The notes: generated from the letters alone by a model not told the origin. DNA of 64,000 nucleotides from Balanoglossus misakiensis (GCA_040954595.2 CM082579.2:6065625-6129624), one strand, 5' to 3'; counted from the stretch's first letter, positions 39,958-57,100 are shown. Translations and numbers: made by a program.

Positions 39958-40333
39958 GCTTCAAGTCTCTGTTCTCGGGTGTCCGAACTCTCTACCCAAG
40001 AACACAGAACAGCAAAGAACCAACAAATATAAAGATCGAGCCCAATCTACAGCTGACGAAATATACTGGTGATAAGGGATTCGGCTGGCGACAGCAACAC
40101 GCATGTGAAAACCGGGATAAGGATTTATGCTTAGTCCTTGAAAAACATAGGCACTGGATTTCTGATTGACCCCCACAAAAGAACAGTCAGTGCACTTCTG
40201 CGAAGCTGCAAGGGAGCCACAATATATCCGATGTAAATGTTGTATTGGCGTTAACGTTTACAGGGGGCTCAGATTTCTGTTTACGGAGTGACGCAAACGG
40301 GTTTTCAGCCTTTCATTCCGCCTCCAGTTCAAT

Positions 40334-40365
40334 CATAGACAGTAGAGGTAGAAGTACTGTCTATG
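40334..40365. mobile_element. 32-bp minimal TIR element with 7-bp TSD
   Basis: CATAGACAGTA, 10-nt spacer, TACTGTCTATG (perfect 11-bp inverted repeat), flanked by GTTCAAT at 40327-40333 and 40366-40372. Confidence 0.7.
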
Positions 40366-40403
40366 GTTCAATGCAACACAGCTGACAACCATGTGAAACA
40401 TAC

Positions 40404-40760
40404 TTAAAGTGGAATGCGCCTCGAAAATCTGTCTTAAACTTTCTCTGATATTTTGCTCAAGGCAACTTCAGATTTAAAATTGATAATAAAAAATGGGGAT
40501 CACACCATACCGTGCATATATTTTTTAATGACAGAGCAAATTTTTGTCATCAAATTGTCTCAGTTTCGATCTTCAAAATGGCCGCCAATATCTGTGTTAG
40601 GTCTAAGGAGAATATTTACAGTTGCGACTTTCATGAAAACGCCCAGTTTTCTTCTTCGCATTAAAAACAATCACACACACTTTAATATATCAAAGAATTT
40701 GGAGGGTTCAAGTTGGAGGACTATCATTCTTTCTGTAAATCTGTCCCCGAAGCGCATAAT
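40404..40760. mobile_element. Decayed non-autonomous DNA transposon (MITE-like, about 350 bp)
   Basis: Starts TTAAAG; subterminal inverted match ATGCGCCTCG (40414-40423) and CGAAGCGCAT (40748-40757). Right terminus is degenerate. Confidence 0.35.
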
Positions 40761-42389
40761 ACGTATGTGGCTTGTGCTTTTCTTCTTCGGTTCCAAACCT
40801 TTGTGTCAGTGAACATGAAAAAGGTCAAACGACAGAATGGCATCAAATAATTTCGACAAAGTACAGTAAACTCGACGAGGGTCGTGTTCGCAGACATTGT
40901 CGGCTTTCAATTAGAGCTTTGTCACTTTCAGAGACGATATGTAGGCTTCGGGGTGTAGGGCTATAGGTTTAGGGCATGGCGGATGTTTACCGCGTGATTG
41001 CACCAAATCTCGCGAAGTGAATGTATGCCTGACAAAACTCGCGACTGAACCCCCTCGAGTCACTCAATACTGAAAAAAAAAACGTTTGTATGGTTTTTTA
41101 TTTAGAATTACAAAAAACACGCAGATAAGCCATTCGAGAATACGTGATTTTTTCGGATTCTTCTGAGCAACTTCAAAGGAGTTTTACCTTAAGGTTTTCG
41201 GTGACGACAAAACGGACAGCGAAGTTTCCCTTCCAGGTTTTTTGGCGATGAGAAAGCAGCAAGTCGATGTAAATGTCAAACGTTGTTGCCAGCGTCTTAA
41301 AAAAACATCGCTTTCCATTTTACTCAATAATTACGGGAACACACAACACACGTTTATTGAGCTCCAACCCTCTTCAATCTGATGTTTCCTGCTTTTGGTG
41401 GGCCATATCACCGTGGCACCCCTTTGGTTAGTGGAGAGCTTCGTTGCAGCATTTTTTTTCCATCGAGTCGACCACATATGCTTTCGCCAAAACGGATGTT
41501 ACACTGCCCTGTCGGGTTTATGACTGATTCCAGCAATTTTAGCCACCCCGATTGCAAGTTGCAGACCCCTTCCGTTGGTTACAAGGAAACGATGTGTTGC
41601 ATCACCTGCAGTGATGGGTGCATAAATTGAATTGAACTTTATTTCACCACAAATATGCATGTGGATATACATAACACACAGAAGGTAAAGAGAGATTGGG
41701 ACAACGAAACATGAACCTCGAGTAGAAATGATGCACAATAAAACAAAATGGTCTTTGGGACCCCTGTTTTTGAATTCTTCTTGAAGTTTCGAAGCCTCTG
41801 TTTCCTATTCTTTCTCCCGTCGATTATCTTGTCGCCCCTTTAGCCTGTGATACAATTACTACAGTGTGTCGTTCTCTCTTCTACGGCACCCATGCTGTTT
41901 CAGACGTCGCGCCGCATCAGCCACCGGTGACTTGTCGATATTCACATGTACAGAAGCCAGCATCATCATAGTATGATACACCATTGAACGCCGCGCATGT
42001 TATGCATATTGTGACCCAACATTTTCGCCTCGGGCACTGGCAGCGTGGGTGGCTCGTCTCGAGCTCCCGCGACTCCTCCGGAGCTAGGAAGCACTCACCG
42101 ATTGGAAACGGAGGCGCTTCTGAATGTTCAATTTCAGAGAGAAATAGAAACGGGATCGAAAATGTGGAAGCTGGATGAGACGACGTCACCACAAAACCGA
42201 TGCTGAAAAGGTCATTTGTCTAAATGTTCGTTTACTCCTGATTCGCCATAGCTTGACGCTGCGAGGAAGATGACACTTTAATACGTTGGGTTTAATGGAG
42301 CACTTTTCATCGACCGACTGTGATTATCAGAATACATGCATTGCGGTATTAAACGGAGCTGAGCGGGAGCATGCAACAGGTGTTCTTCC

Positions 42390-43562
42390 ATGGCAGGAAA
42401 CGAATCTTCTCAACTTTCTGTTCCATCGCCGGTGTCGTTTACAACGTTGAACGCGAGTGGGGGTCTCTCTACTCCATTCTCTAACCTTTCTGAAGGTAGC
42501 GGGTTTGCTGAACACGAGCTGTCGCTCACGGAGAGCGCCGTCCTTGCCGTCAGCTCCATCCTGCTGCTGCTGACTATTGTTATCGGGCCGGTCGGCAATG
42601 TGTCCGTCATCGCTGTTGTCGTCCACAGCAAGATCCTCCGGACGCCCTTCAACGCGCTGGTGCTGTGTCTGTCCACGGCGGACTTGCTCATTTGCACGCT
42701 GACCTCCCCGATCTACCTCTACATGAACACCATGGTGTGGACGCGCGACAGCTCCAATTCACGGAACAACATCATCGTCTGCCAGTTGCACATCTTTTCA
42801 AGCACGTTCGCATTTGCGCTCTCCATAACAACGCTGGTTGCCATCAGTTTAACCCGGGCACTGAAGATGACAGGGAACTGCGGCACAACCTTTCGAATGA
42901 AAAGGGTTGTAGCCACGGCCATCACCACCAACTTGGCCCTTGCCTCGACATTCGCAGTGTTCAAACTGGAAACCCCAAACTCAGCTCTCTTACTTTGCTT
43001 CCTCTGGAGGCAACCGTTTGACATCCAGCCGTCATGGTTTCGTTTGAGCCTGGGATTCCTGGTCACATGCTACGTTTTGATGTCAGTCTCGTATGTCTAC
43101 GTCCTGTCAAAGGTACAGCGGTCCGTCGGCGCACTGCACCACCAGTCACCCGGCGCCGGTGGACTCCAGCAGGGGAGCGTCGTTCGCATCGACATCGCCA
43201 CCGTCAAGGTGGTGGCCGTAATCGTGTGCGTGTTCTCCGTCACGTACCTACCGTTGGCGATCCAGTCGCAGTTCGTCCCCGCCAACCTGTCGGTGTTGAC
43301 GATAACGGCAAACGGCATATGCCGGTCGTGGGCTTACTTCGGAAGTGCCCTGAATCCGATCGTGTACATCGCTTGTTCGCGGGTGTTTTCCGACCATCTG
43401 AAGGCAGTCTGTCGGCGGTTGGCGTCGTCCTGCAGAGCGGCGGTGGCAGCAACGACAACGACTGACGTGGTGCCGATGGATCCGGCTGCTTGTAACTCGA
43501 AAGACGGCGTTGAAAGCGTGTCACAAGTCAAAGACAGTGATGAGAAGGACACGAGAGTTTAG
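42390..43562 (+). CDS. Intronless orphan class A (rhodopsin-like) GPCR, 390 aa
   Basis: Seven hydrophobic segments; N-terminal sequons NES, NAS, NLS; TM1 GN, TM2 LSTADLL, Cys at top of TM3, TM3 end SLTRA, TM6 FSVTYLP, TM7 NPIVY. Confidence 0.9.
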   Translation: MAGNESSQLSVPSPVSFTTLNASGGLSTPFSNLSEGSGFAEHELSLTESAVLAVSSILLLLTIVIGPVGNVSVIAVVVHSKILRTPFNALVLCLSTADLLICTLTSPIYLYMNTMVWTRDSSNSRNNIIVCQLHIFSSTFAFALSITTLVAISLTRALKMTGNCGTTFRMKRVVATAITTNLALASTFAVFKLETPNSALLLCFLWRQPFDIQPSWFRLSLGFLVTCYVLMSVSYVYVLSKVQRSVGALHHQSPGAGGLQQGSVVRIDIATVKVVAVIVCVFSVTYLPLAIQSQFVPANLSVLTITANGICRSWAYFGSALNPIVYIACSRVFSDHLKAVCRRLASSCRAAVAATTTTDVVPMDPAACNSKDGVESVSQVKDSDEKDTRV

Positions 43563-43659
43563 TAATTGTCCAACCCGGTGTTTTCTCTCCACCATCACCC
43601 TTAAGAAAAGTTCAATTATAGAAGCAATATTGACATGTCGAAACCATACATTCTGCTTT

Positions 43660-43775
43660 ATACATACATACATACATACATACATACATACATACATACA
43701 TACATACATACATACATACATACATACATACATACATACATACATACATACATACATACATACATACATACATAC
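43660..43775 (+). repeat. (ATAC)n tetranucleotide microsatellite, about 29 units
   Basis: Perfect tacatacatac... run downstream of the GPCR stop. Confidence 0.97.
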
Positions 43776-46700
43776 CAATAGACATCCTTTTAACTGCTAT
43801 TTTAACTGCTAAGAAACGCTGACATTTATTTATCTTACCTGAGACCACCTGTATTTGGTAGGAGTATCTTACATGTAATAAAGCCCGCAAAAGTATAACC
43901 AACCTCTGGTTGTGGCTATACGTTTGAAAGTGAACCAGTTACAGGGACACACTGCACTCCCATATGGTATAAAGGACGAAAATAATGTTCGACTGTCTAA
44001 AATCCGGTAGTCTCACCTTTATTGAAAAATGTCTTTGCAGGAAACTGTCGGACTTTTATAACTAGCAAAATGAAGATTTATTCCCTTAACCCATGCTTTA
44101 ATGTACATGTTTTGCCAAGGCTGTGATTCCTTGGATCGAACGTTGCAGTTACAGAAAACACCGCGTAACTGACTTTAAGATCTCAATCTGTGTAAAGGGT
44201 GCGTGAAGCTGTCACAACGGTAAGCTACCAGTTTCCGATGGTTATTTGATTAAAAATTTATAATTAAAAACATTCGCATTCCCTATATAGATATAAATAT
44301 TCCCATCATGCCCGAGGAAGCATAGTAAATGTGAACAAATAGTTGTCACGTGATATCATCATTGTTTTCTTAACGAATTCTATTTTTTGTATTTTCCCCA
44401 CAACGAGATGAAAATTAAAATGTATACGCATTTCAGTCTGCCTCTTCCCTTGAAATGCATTTTCTGCACCGTTCAAGCCCCGAATGTTCGTCGAATTTAA
44501 ACTAGTTAAAACGGAATCGTGTAGGCTGGGGCCTAGATATGTTTTCAATACATGCGATACTCAATTTAGCACAAATTCCGCCTTGAATTGAATGTAATGT
44601 TTAGGACGTATTTTAATGGCCGCCAGCAGCTTCTGTCGACGTGAGATAATGTCATCCCAAGGTATGACAGAATCTTCAAAGAAACCGCCGGCTGACAACA
44701 AGAAGCTGAACTAGTTGAGATAGGCATAAAAAACTAGACGCTATATGAAACGCGGGGTACACATAAGGCGTGGTATTTTGTTGGTGCGCCGCACGGCACA
44801 AATTGCCCAATTCCGGATGATTCGTACCCAGAAAATTACCACAATTACCCCCAGCCTCGGAATCCGTACGACAAATGTAACCATCTTTTAATTTGAATAT
44901 GACATATCGGTACGTGCGCACTCAGCGTTTGCATCCCAAAGAGCTCAGCTTCAATAGGATGGAAATCTGTGCTTGTAAAACGCAACCTCAGAAACGTTGG
45001 CATGGCAATGCATGACGTGCACTCACATGAGAGATTGAAGCTCCAACTGAAGGTCGGAAGTCGGGAGAAGGATATTCGCGCTTGAGGTGCATGGGGATCA
45101 ACTCTAAAATGAAAATATTGCCATGTTCCTGATATTTTTTATATCAGTGAATTTTAAATACAAAAATAAAGAAAAAACAGGTGCTGCCATCCTGTTTTTT
45201 TCTAAAACTGGGTCTTAAATGCTGAGTCAGCACAGTTCTTTCACTCATCGTGCTATAACTTTCCCATATTGAAACACGGGCGTGATGGAACAATAAAGTG
45301 TATGGGATAAATAATAAACTCAACGAACAACGATAACACTGAAAGACACAGCCATCTTGAATCATGTACGTTCTCTGCGACTAGTGCTCCAATATATCTC
45401 ATATTTCATTACCATAATGCATAGTTTTGTATCAAATATCATTAATAAACACAAAGCTATTGGCACACGATCCAGTTTCTTTAAACCGATCATCAGTAAG
45501 TGGAAAGCTTTTGCTGCCTGTACCAAGATACATGTATTTACTAAATTATGAAGGTTTATATTGTCTCCTCAAATCCTCGACTAGAGATTGTAGTACTACC
45601 ACCTGTCTTATCAGATCTGCCTCGAAGCAATTTTATTTATAATGTTTGTACTGTCTCAAGGGGAAACGAAGTCAGCAGCAATTCTGAAATCTTCTTGTTG
45701 TTTAGCCTCTAAATAAGTAATTCAAAATCTAGGGATTAATACAAGATCCTCGAAAGGCACCAAGTCGCTAAAAATTCTCTTGAGGGATTATTTACGATTT
45801 CTGCAAGTCTGAGAACAAATCGAGGGAACTGAAATCAGAGAAGAAAAATAGCGAAAATTACACCGAGTTCCATTTAAATCTGAACTTACAAATAAGAATA
45901 TATGTAATCATATCCAGTACACGTTGTATCATGGACGTCAACTATATAGCGACAAAAACCCGACTTAGAGTAGTATGCCCGCCCCGGGTACGGATTTTCA
46001 AATATAACGATAATCCCCAAAACCTGTCAATTCTTTGATATAGATGTATGGAGGTGTGTGGGGGTACTTGGCCTTTTGAAATAGCCTGGTTCTCCCAGTC
46101 TTGTTTCCATAGAAATAACACAGACACTGGCGGCATTTCTGATTTGAGAAAATTTAGCTTTCTCGTTCAAAAATGTGCACGGTATAACTCCCACCTATTC
46201 AGGCAAACCTGATGCACAGTAAATGTGAAGACATAATGTTAGAAGATAAAAACAGACTACCGTGCAGCTATACGTTGTAACTAAACTCCGACTTTGGGCT
46301 ATTTTCGCAGCATTGTTGTTTTGCGTATCAACTATGTGTTTTGTTCTATGCTAAAAAACCAAAGAAAATCTCAGCATTGGTATTTGGTTTCGCTACACAT
46401 TCTTAATAGTAATCAGTATTATTATTGTTGAAAATTGAATTCAAGTCCGGATCCGAATTCATTTGTCAACAATAACAATAGCCGTTACTCACATGCAGGT
46501 TTTGTTGAGACGTTAAAGGCTGAACATTTCATAACGCTATACAGAGAAGAACAAGAAACAAGAGTCGATACATGGGAGAGTAATACACTGAAAAATTGGC
46601 CAAAAGTTAGAATTAACTGTAATTGTAGTCGACCATATCTGGTTGCTCATGTTAGCACAAACTAAGTCTTTCTTACGGTACAGTGTGGAAGGGAACGCGT

Positions 46701-47042
46701 TTTCTAAAAACCTTTCGGCTTCGTTCGATATTTGATCCATGGTTTACTAATCAGGTATGACTAATAACATTTCCCTCCAGATGCCGCTTATTCTTAATGT
46801 CACGGTTCGTGTGCACATCTTCATGTTTTATATATTCATATGCATGCATGCATGACTTGCAATTTATGATACCCCTGTAGGCCTATGTTTTGTCGCCTGC
46901 GCATAATGATATCGAATGTTTTTTTTTTTAATATATAGTTTATATAGTATACTGCACGGGCCGTGCACCACTGTGTTATTCACCCAACCACCCACCATCC
47001 TACCCAAACGCCCGCTTGCCAACCCACCCACCATCATGACCA

Positions 47043-47162
47043 TGAGTCATCAGTAGACGTCATCACGAAAATGACTAATGACGTCATCGCGTAGATGGGG
47101 AATCCCCAAAACGAAAACGAGGTTCGTCGGTGTCAATAGTTTAGCGAGAGCGGACCGAAAGT
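47043..47162 (+). promoter_or_regulatory. Immune-type promoter of the TNF receptor gene (AP-1, CRE, NF-kB, IRF-like sites)
   Basis: TGAGTCA 47043-47049, GACGTCA 47056-47062, TGACTAA 47072-47078, TGACGTCA 47079-47086, GGGGAATCCCC 47097-47107, AAAACGAAAACGA 47108-47120, ACCGAAAGT about 47154-47162. Putative non-coding exon 1 ends at donor CAG|GTAAAC (47248). Confidence 0.65.
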
Positions 47163-47855
47163 TGTTGTGGTGACCACAGTACACTGAAATTGTGTGTAAG
47201 GCGAGGAATTCTCAGCTGTTTTAGATTTTACACTACATCGACGCCAGGTAAACATCTTTGTTGTTCATTGGTAAAGTTCTTCACGACCAATCGCTAGTTA
47301 TATGTCCCAATAATAACAGTTTTGACTACCCGGAAATGGGATGAGGACTTCGTCAAAGTTCTACTCGTGTGCGATTTACAAATCAAACTCTTGTTGTTTC
47401 ATGGGCTGGGGAATGCCAGCTAATTAGACGTTGTTTAAATTCACAAATTCATGTATGACGTCTTTGTTTAATACAGCCAAGAAAATAAACACAATTCGAT
47501 ATTATCACTGCCGTTTTAACTTTTTTAACCACGTTAAACACACAGGTCAAATCAGGTCACGTACGTGTATTCAGGGTGATGGCGAAATCGTACAATGTAA
47601 ATGTTTACCATGTTTTACATACGCCGTGGAATGTCTGGCTAGCAATAGCATGGGTTCAGATAATGGTTGAATTGCAGAGCAACAGTTTGTTAGAAACAAA
47701 TCTGTAAAATGCATGTGTAGTTTTACCGAAATATCACGCAAAAGAAACTTCATACATTTCAATAAAATATTCCAAACTTTTTTCTTATTCAGTGCATGAT
47801 ACAGATACTGACGTGAAGACTGGATCTGCACATTAAATTTGCTTGACATGCTGAA

Positions 47856-51610
<3,755 letters not shown>

Positions 51611-54139
51611 GGGAGTTCATTTGACTGAGGTCTGTTTTAGAACATACATTACATTTTATTTCACGAAGGCATTTTCTTGGCCTGTCACATTTGCAGTGCT
51701 GACTGAAATGAATGTATACTTGCTCTTTGATTTTTTAGCTTTCTCAGTCTTTGAGATTCAAATGGCTGGACCATAAGTATTTCCTGAATTTGAACTAGGA
51801 CACTTGATTTTGAATATTTTAATTGATACAAACCCTTATGGTATTTTGGAGCTAATCTGGTCATAAATCAACAGAATTTAAGTCAAATGAAATTTTTATG
51901 CTACAATGTAACATGGAACAAATTATGTAGGCATCAGCGCTTTAGGTATCTGTATAGCCACTGTGTATCTTAACCATATGTTTGTACTACATGTAGACAT
52001 GTACAATTTTAAATTTACCATTTTTAGGTTATTTTCCCAAGGGCGTTACAATTTCTGTATATATTTGTTTGATACTTCAGGACAAAAATCAAGTTTTCTG
52101 CATGTAGTTATAAATATGAAAAGAGAATCTTTAAATGCATGGTGTACAAATGATTGCAAAGGGTGTTACAAGCATGCGTATGCGCATTTCTAAATTCACC
52201 AGATTGTGATATAGTTGCTTTATGAAGTGTAATTTTGACTTTTTTGTGATCGAAATACAGTTTGTTTTACCCTTTTCAGCAATTTTACGTTTTCACTTAG
52301 TTTACTTCACTGACCATAAAACATGAGACTATGTTTGAATTTTGAGAAGTATTCACTTTACATTAATTATTTTCAATCTGTACAGTGTGAATTTTACAAC
52401 GCTTGCCAAAATACTATCACTTTTAACACATTTAAATGCATCCAAAAAAAAACTTTAACAGTTTTTCCTGGTGTGCAAGAGACTTAGTGCCAAAATGATT
52501 TTGAAATAAAAAGATAATTTCATTTACAGTGGTAACGTCTTGCTGGTTTTCTCTGCCCTTTGATTAAGTCTAGCGCCCTCACACAGCCATCATGAATTTG
52601 AACTCAAAGCGAGGCCGATGGTGAAATCCCCTTGATGTGATTGGTCAACTTTCTCTGATACCCTATGAATGTACGGTCTAAGGTTGAGATCTAGAAAATC
52701 ACAGAATTTCATTAGCTCGCCAAAAAGTACGCCACCACATTGTCAATCGAACAGTTAGAGTTAGACATGTCTTAGAGGTGAAGGTATTCCTTTAGGCATG
52801 TCCGATCCGACGAAGAGACAAGAATCCTATGTAAGTTGAGACACAAGATATCTGTATTATATTACGTTATGTTTTGTCCATATATAGGCCAATAACATAC
52901 AAAAGTTTCAAAGTTTCCGTAACCAAAAATACTTCATGCGTTCACAATCATAACACATATGAGCGATACACCCTGCCCCTGGGTCACTCCCAAGGCTAGT
53001 TCAAGAATGTTCTCTAAAAGTCTCTACAAAAGTGTCTCTTGGTATATATGAGTCTCTAGAGGAATTTGATAAATGGTATCAATAAAGGTCAATTGGTGAG
53101 AGAGTTTAAGATATTACTCAGACTTGACTATGGTGAGCTAATTATGACTCGTCTGGAACGGATTTGAGACAGCATCTGAGTACACGGTAGGAATAACATG
53201 GAACTGATCTGGTGACAGATATTTGCCTATGATATATGTTTAAAGTAGCTATGATACACCGTATCATGTCGGAAAAATGACTGTGTCCTTGTTTTAAAAT
53301 AAACTTAAAATTATTAATCTTTGATTTTACTTTGAAAAGTTAACAAACGAAATTATGGACGCGAAGTACATGTAAACACTGTGTAAACATGCCTGTTCAC
53401 TTTCACATAAGGATTTAACTTAAGTCAGCTGTGAATTGAAGTCTTGATTGAATCGTGTATAGAGGTTATCTTGAAAGCCTTAAACGAATATGCAGCTCTC
53501 TCCTCATGTTGTCGACCATGCTCATGCCTTGGTAGGCCTACACTTTGTGAAGTTGCTCAAACGCGACCGGGCGTAACCGATCGTTCTCTTTTGACACGTG
53601 TCGCCTGGTGCCCATCAGTGACGTCATGCGGGCACGCGTGCGCGCATCTGAGCGGGCGTTCTTACTCAGGGCTCAAGCAACTTCACATCTGTCTTCGATG
53701 TGCTGATATCCTGAATGGAGGAAGAGCGGGGTGTAATCTCCGACAACAACGACAAGTGGTAGTTGTCAGATACAATCGACCAGCCCTTCAATCCCCCCCC
53801 CCAAAAAAAACAAAAACAAAAAAAAACCCGGGGGTATTCCCACGTGTAAATTTTGCCAATATTTCAGATAAGTCTTTACAAAAATAAAATAAGTTTTGGT
53901 TACAAAAATATATATTTTTATAAATAATTTCACTGACAAATAAATAATCTTAGGCGTTAAAATTCAATACCTATACACAAATTTTACATGGAACAGATTG
54001 TTTGGATTGCAATTTTTTCCAAAGGCATACGCACATTTGTGGCAAGACTACTGACAATCATTGGTGGTCACCCGACAAATGAAGCGAGTTGAATATATAA
54101 GCAGGCTCCAGTTGCGGGGTGACCGTTTTATGAACTTTC

Positions 54140-57100
54140 TTAGGGTAAGTCTGACGTTTCCACAATAATTTTGACGAAGGCCGTGTCATCTTTAACGTAT
54201 GCATGGCGAGGACTGTCTATCTGAGATATTGGCATGAACAACGGACACCCACTGGCGACATTCATGTCATTTTTGGGCCTTTGGAAAGAGCTGGACGTTG
54301 GGTCGGGTCTGAAGGCATCGATCACGTGCTCTCTGTTGTTCTGGTCCAGCCACATGAAGGTGACTTTCTGTCGAAAGGGCCATCTCATAAGGGCGTCGTT
54401 CGGACCCCTCATAATGGTGAAGAACAGAGACACATGATTACCCTTGCCCATCCCATCCCCATTCAGGTATATACGAGCACACATTTTGTAGCCTGAGCGG
54501 CTGGTGTAGAAACATGGCGAGTAGAAGGAGGTGGTCTTGCCGCTCCTAGCTTCGTTGAACTTTCTGTTGAAGTCGCTGATCTTCCAGATCATGACTCCGT
54601 CGTAAGAGGCCATCTCAAGAGACTGGATTCGCAGGTCCTGCTCTGCGAGGGCAACATCCTTCAGAGCTATGATTCTGTCCTGTGCTTTGACCTTCCTCTC
54701 TAACGATTCAATCAGATCTCTGTCCTGTCGCCTCTGTGTTTCCATTGCCTGCAATTGCTTTGAGTCCCTTTCCAATTGCGCATTCAGAACTCCCACCACG
54801 CCGTCATATGTCGAAAGCTTTGATTCTAGTGCAGCGAACTTATTTTTTAACCCAGAGATGCTGTCAGTCTGTAGTTTCAGTTCAGAGTCTACTTCTCTCG
54901 GAAGTTTAGCATTGAGTGTTGTGTGACAGTTAACGGCCTGAAAATGGTTCAATTTCTCCTGCACCTGTGTAAACGTTCTCTGGAGTTCGGCCACCTGTTT
55001 GCCTTGGTTTGTCACCAGCTCCTTGGTGGCATCCAGGGTGCCTCGGTCTTCCGCTGCTCGTTCGATGACGGGTTTCATACTGACGACAGTTTGGAGGAGC
55101 ATCTCTTGGTGGTTGGTGATATACTCCTTGGAATGCCGATGCTTGTCGTCGGTCGGGATCTGTGTGGTGGAAATATAGTGTTGGCATTCAGAGTTGCACG
55201 ATGGATATTTGCCGGCAGTTGTGCTGTGACCTGAATGCATGGGAGCTTTAGTGAAGACGTGCAACTAGTGGGTGATCTTCTTAATGACACAGTAGCATTC
55301 CCAAGTCCATGGCAGTTAAGGTGGTTATTTAATACCAGTCCGCATGCGTGAGTGAGTGACGTCATGGAGAGAGTTAATTATAACAGCAGGTACTACAGGT
55401 GGCGAGGAAAATTACGGATGTGGTAGATGAGTAAAGAAAAATCTAAATATTAAATTGAGAGCAAGTTTTAAGAGGATTACATGCAGCCAGCCATAACAAC
55501 CAACGACAGCCACGCCGACACACCAATACAAGCGACAGACACAAAACGGCCCAACCAAAACCTCAAACTACAATTACACCAAACACCACAATACCACGCA
55601 ACACCAAGTTGTCCACTTGAGCGCAAACACCACGGACAAAATCAATGTGAATACGTAAGCCTTCGCCGAAAACAATCCCCCGCACAAGACCAGTGGCAAT
55701 TTTAACACACTGAAATTGCGAATTGTTTTATGTTATGAAAACCACTGCGTTTTATTTTTTAAGTGTCAGATTTTCCAAGATGGAATGGTCAAGTTAAGGA
55801 GCACGTAAGCTTACAGCTAATTGGATGCTAATTGTACGAGTTTCCGCCAATATATTTACTGCAAGTCCCATCCACCACGCAACCAGTAATAATATTTTAT
55901 ATTCATTTTCCACCTGAAATAGTACCACGAGAGTTTGGACATTACGGAAGTAATTGTCCTGATTCTTTTCTATACTTCTGAATTCGGAATAAACTTGCCT
56001 TATTTCCTTGCACTTCTAAGTAGGAATTGCAGTTCTGTTTCTCGAAATGCTATTTTTGTACATTTTAGTAGTCCGGCCGCGATGTTTTATTTACACAAAC
56101 AATTTGTTATTGACTATTTCATCTGATTTTCTTCATTGTTTGCCATGCCAAGTTTTCAAGACTGGCGAGAATAGAACGAGTTCACGTAAACTAAAGTCAC
56201 TCCTCTCAAATTTCATATGAGAACTTATTCTTTTGACCATCCTTGATCATACATATTAATGGTTACTCACTCGTGGTGTGTTTGTGCCTGTCATCTGAAT
56301 TGCTGCATGCATGCATTCCTTTATTTCAACATTCGTGTTTTGTTCAATATATGTTTTAGTTCAGCTTGCAATATCTATGTAGGCTGGTGTGCGAGTGGGA
56401 CCTGTTTATGATTGCCCGTTTTGTTTGTGTTGTTGACGCCATAAACATAAACGATGGTGGATGACGTGTCGATATGTTCCGTCGCCGAATAAGAAAATAT
56501 AAATCCTAGTTTACCGCGCGCGAGAAAGCAACATCTTCGAACCGATTGCCTCGACCAGAAATCCTCGGATTGATATCAAAAGCAAACGACATCCGCTCGG
56601 CATAATGTTTGCAACATAATTTTATTCAGCGATGAAATTCACGGCAGCACTATAGAATACATACTGCGCAAGCGTTCATAAAATAGTCATGTTCTACTGA
56701 CATTGCTGTACGTACATCACTGATTCAGTTCGTAGCTCTCCAGTGCGTAATGTACCAATGATTACGATGTGAACTGTAACTTGTATAGTGTAGTAAGGTT
56801 TGCGTAGGGCCGGCTGCTGACGCTTAGAGCACAGAGTGTTTTGTTAAACGCCATAGCGCATGTTTCAGGGCATTCGCGTTCAAACTGATGTCTAAAACAT
56901 GAGAATGTGAAAGGTTTCGAACTTAATTTGTTACAGCTAGCTTAATATAAGTGATTTACGCATGCGTTTTATTTACTGATGCACGTTGATTTGTCTTGTT
57001 TCCAAGGGAAGGTCCGTCAACGAAGGTGAGCGGATAGTAAAGTGGACAGTAGAAATGGGATGAAGGAGAACACCACATGACACGAAGGAAATGACACCTG

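Noticed and set aside
39843-41153. Direct repeats read as LTRs of a TRIM or LTR element
   Set aside because: No TG...CA termini, PBS or PPT, and the target duplication flanks only the first copy.
43510-43902. ORFs with HTYI or MYVC repeats
   Set aside because: Translations of the (ATAC)n microsatellite.
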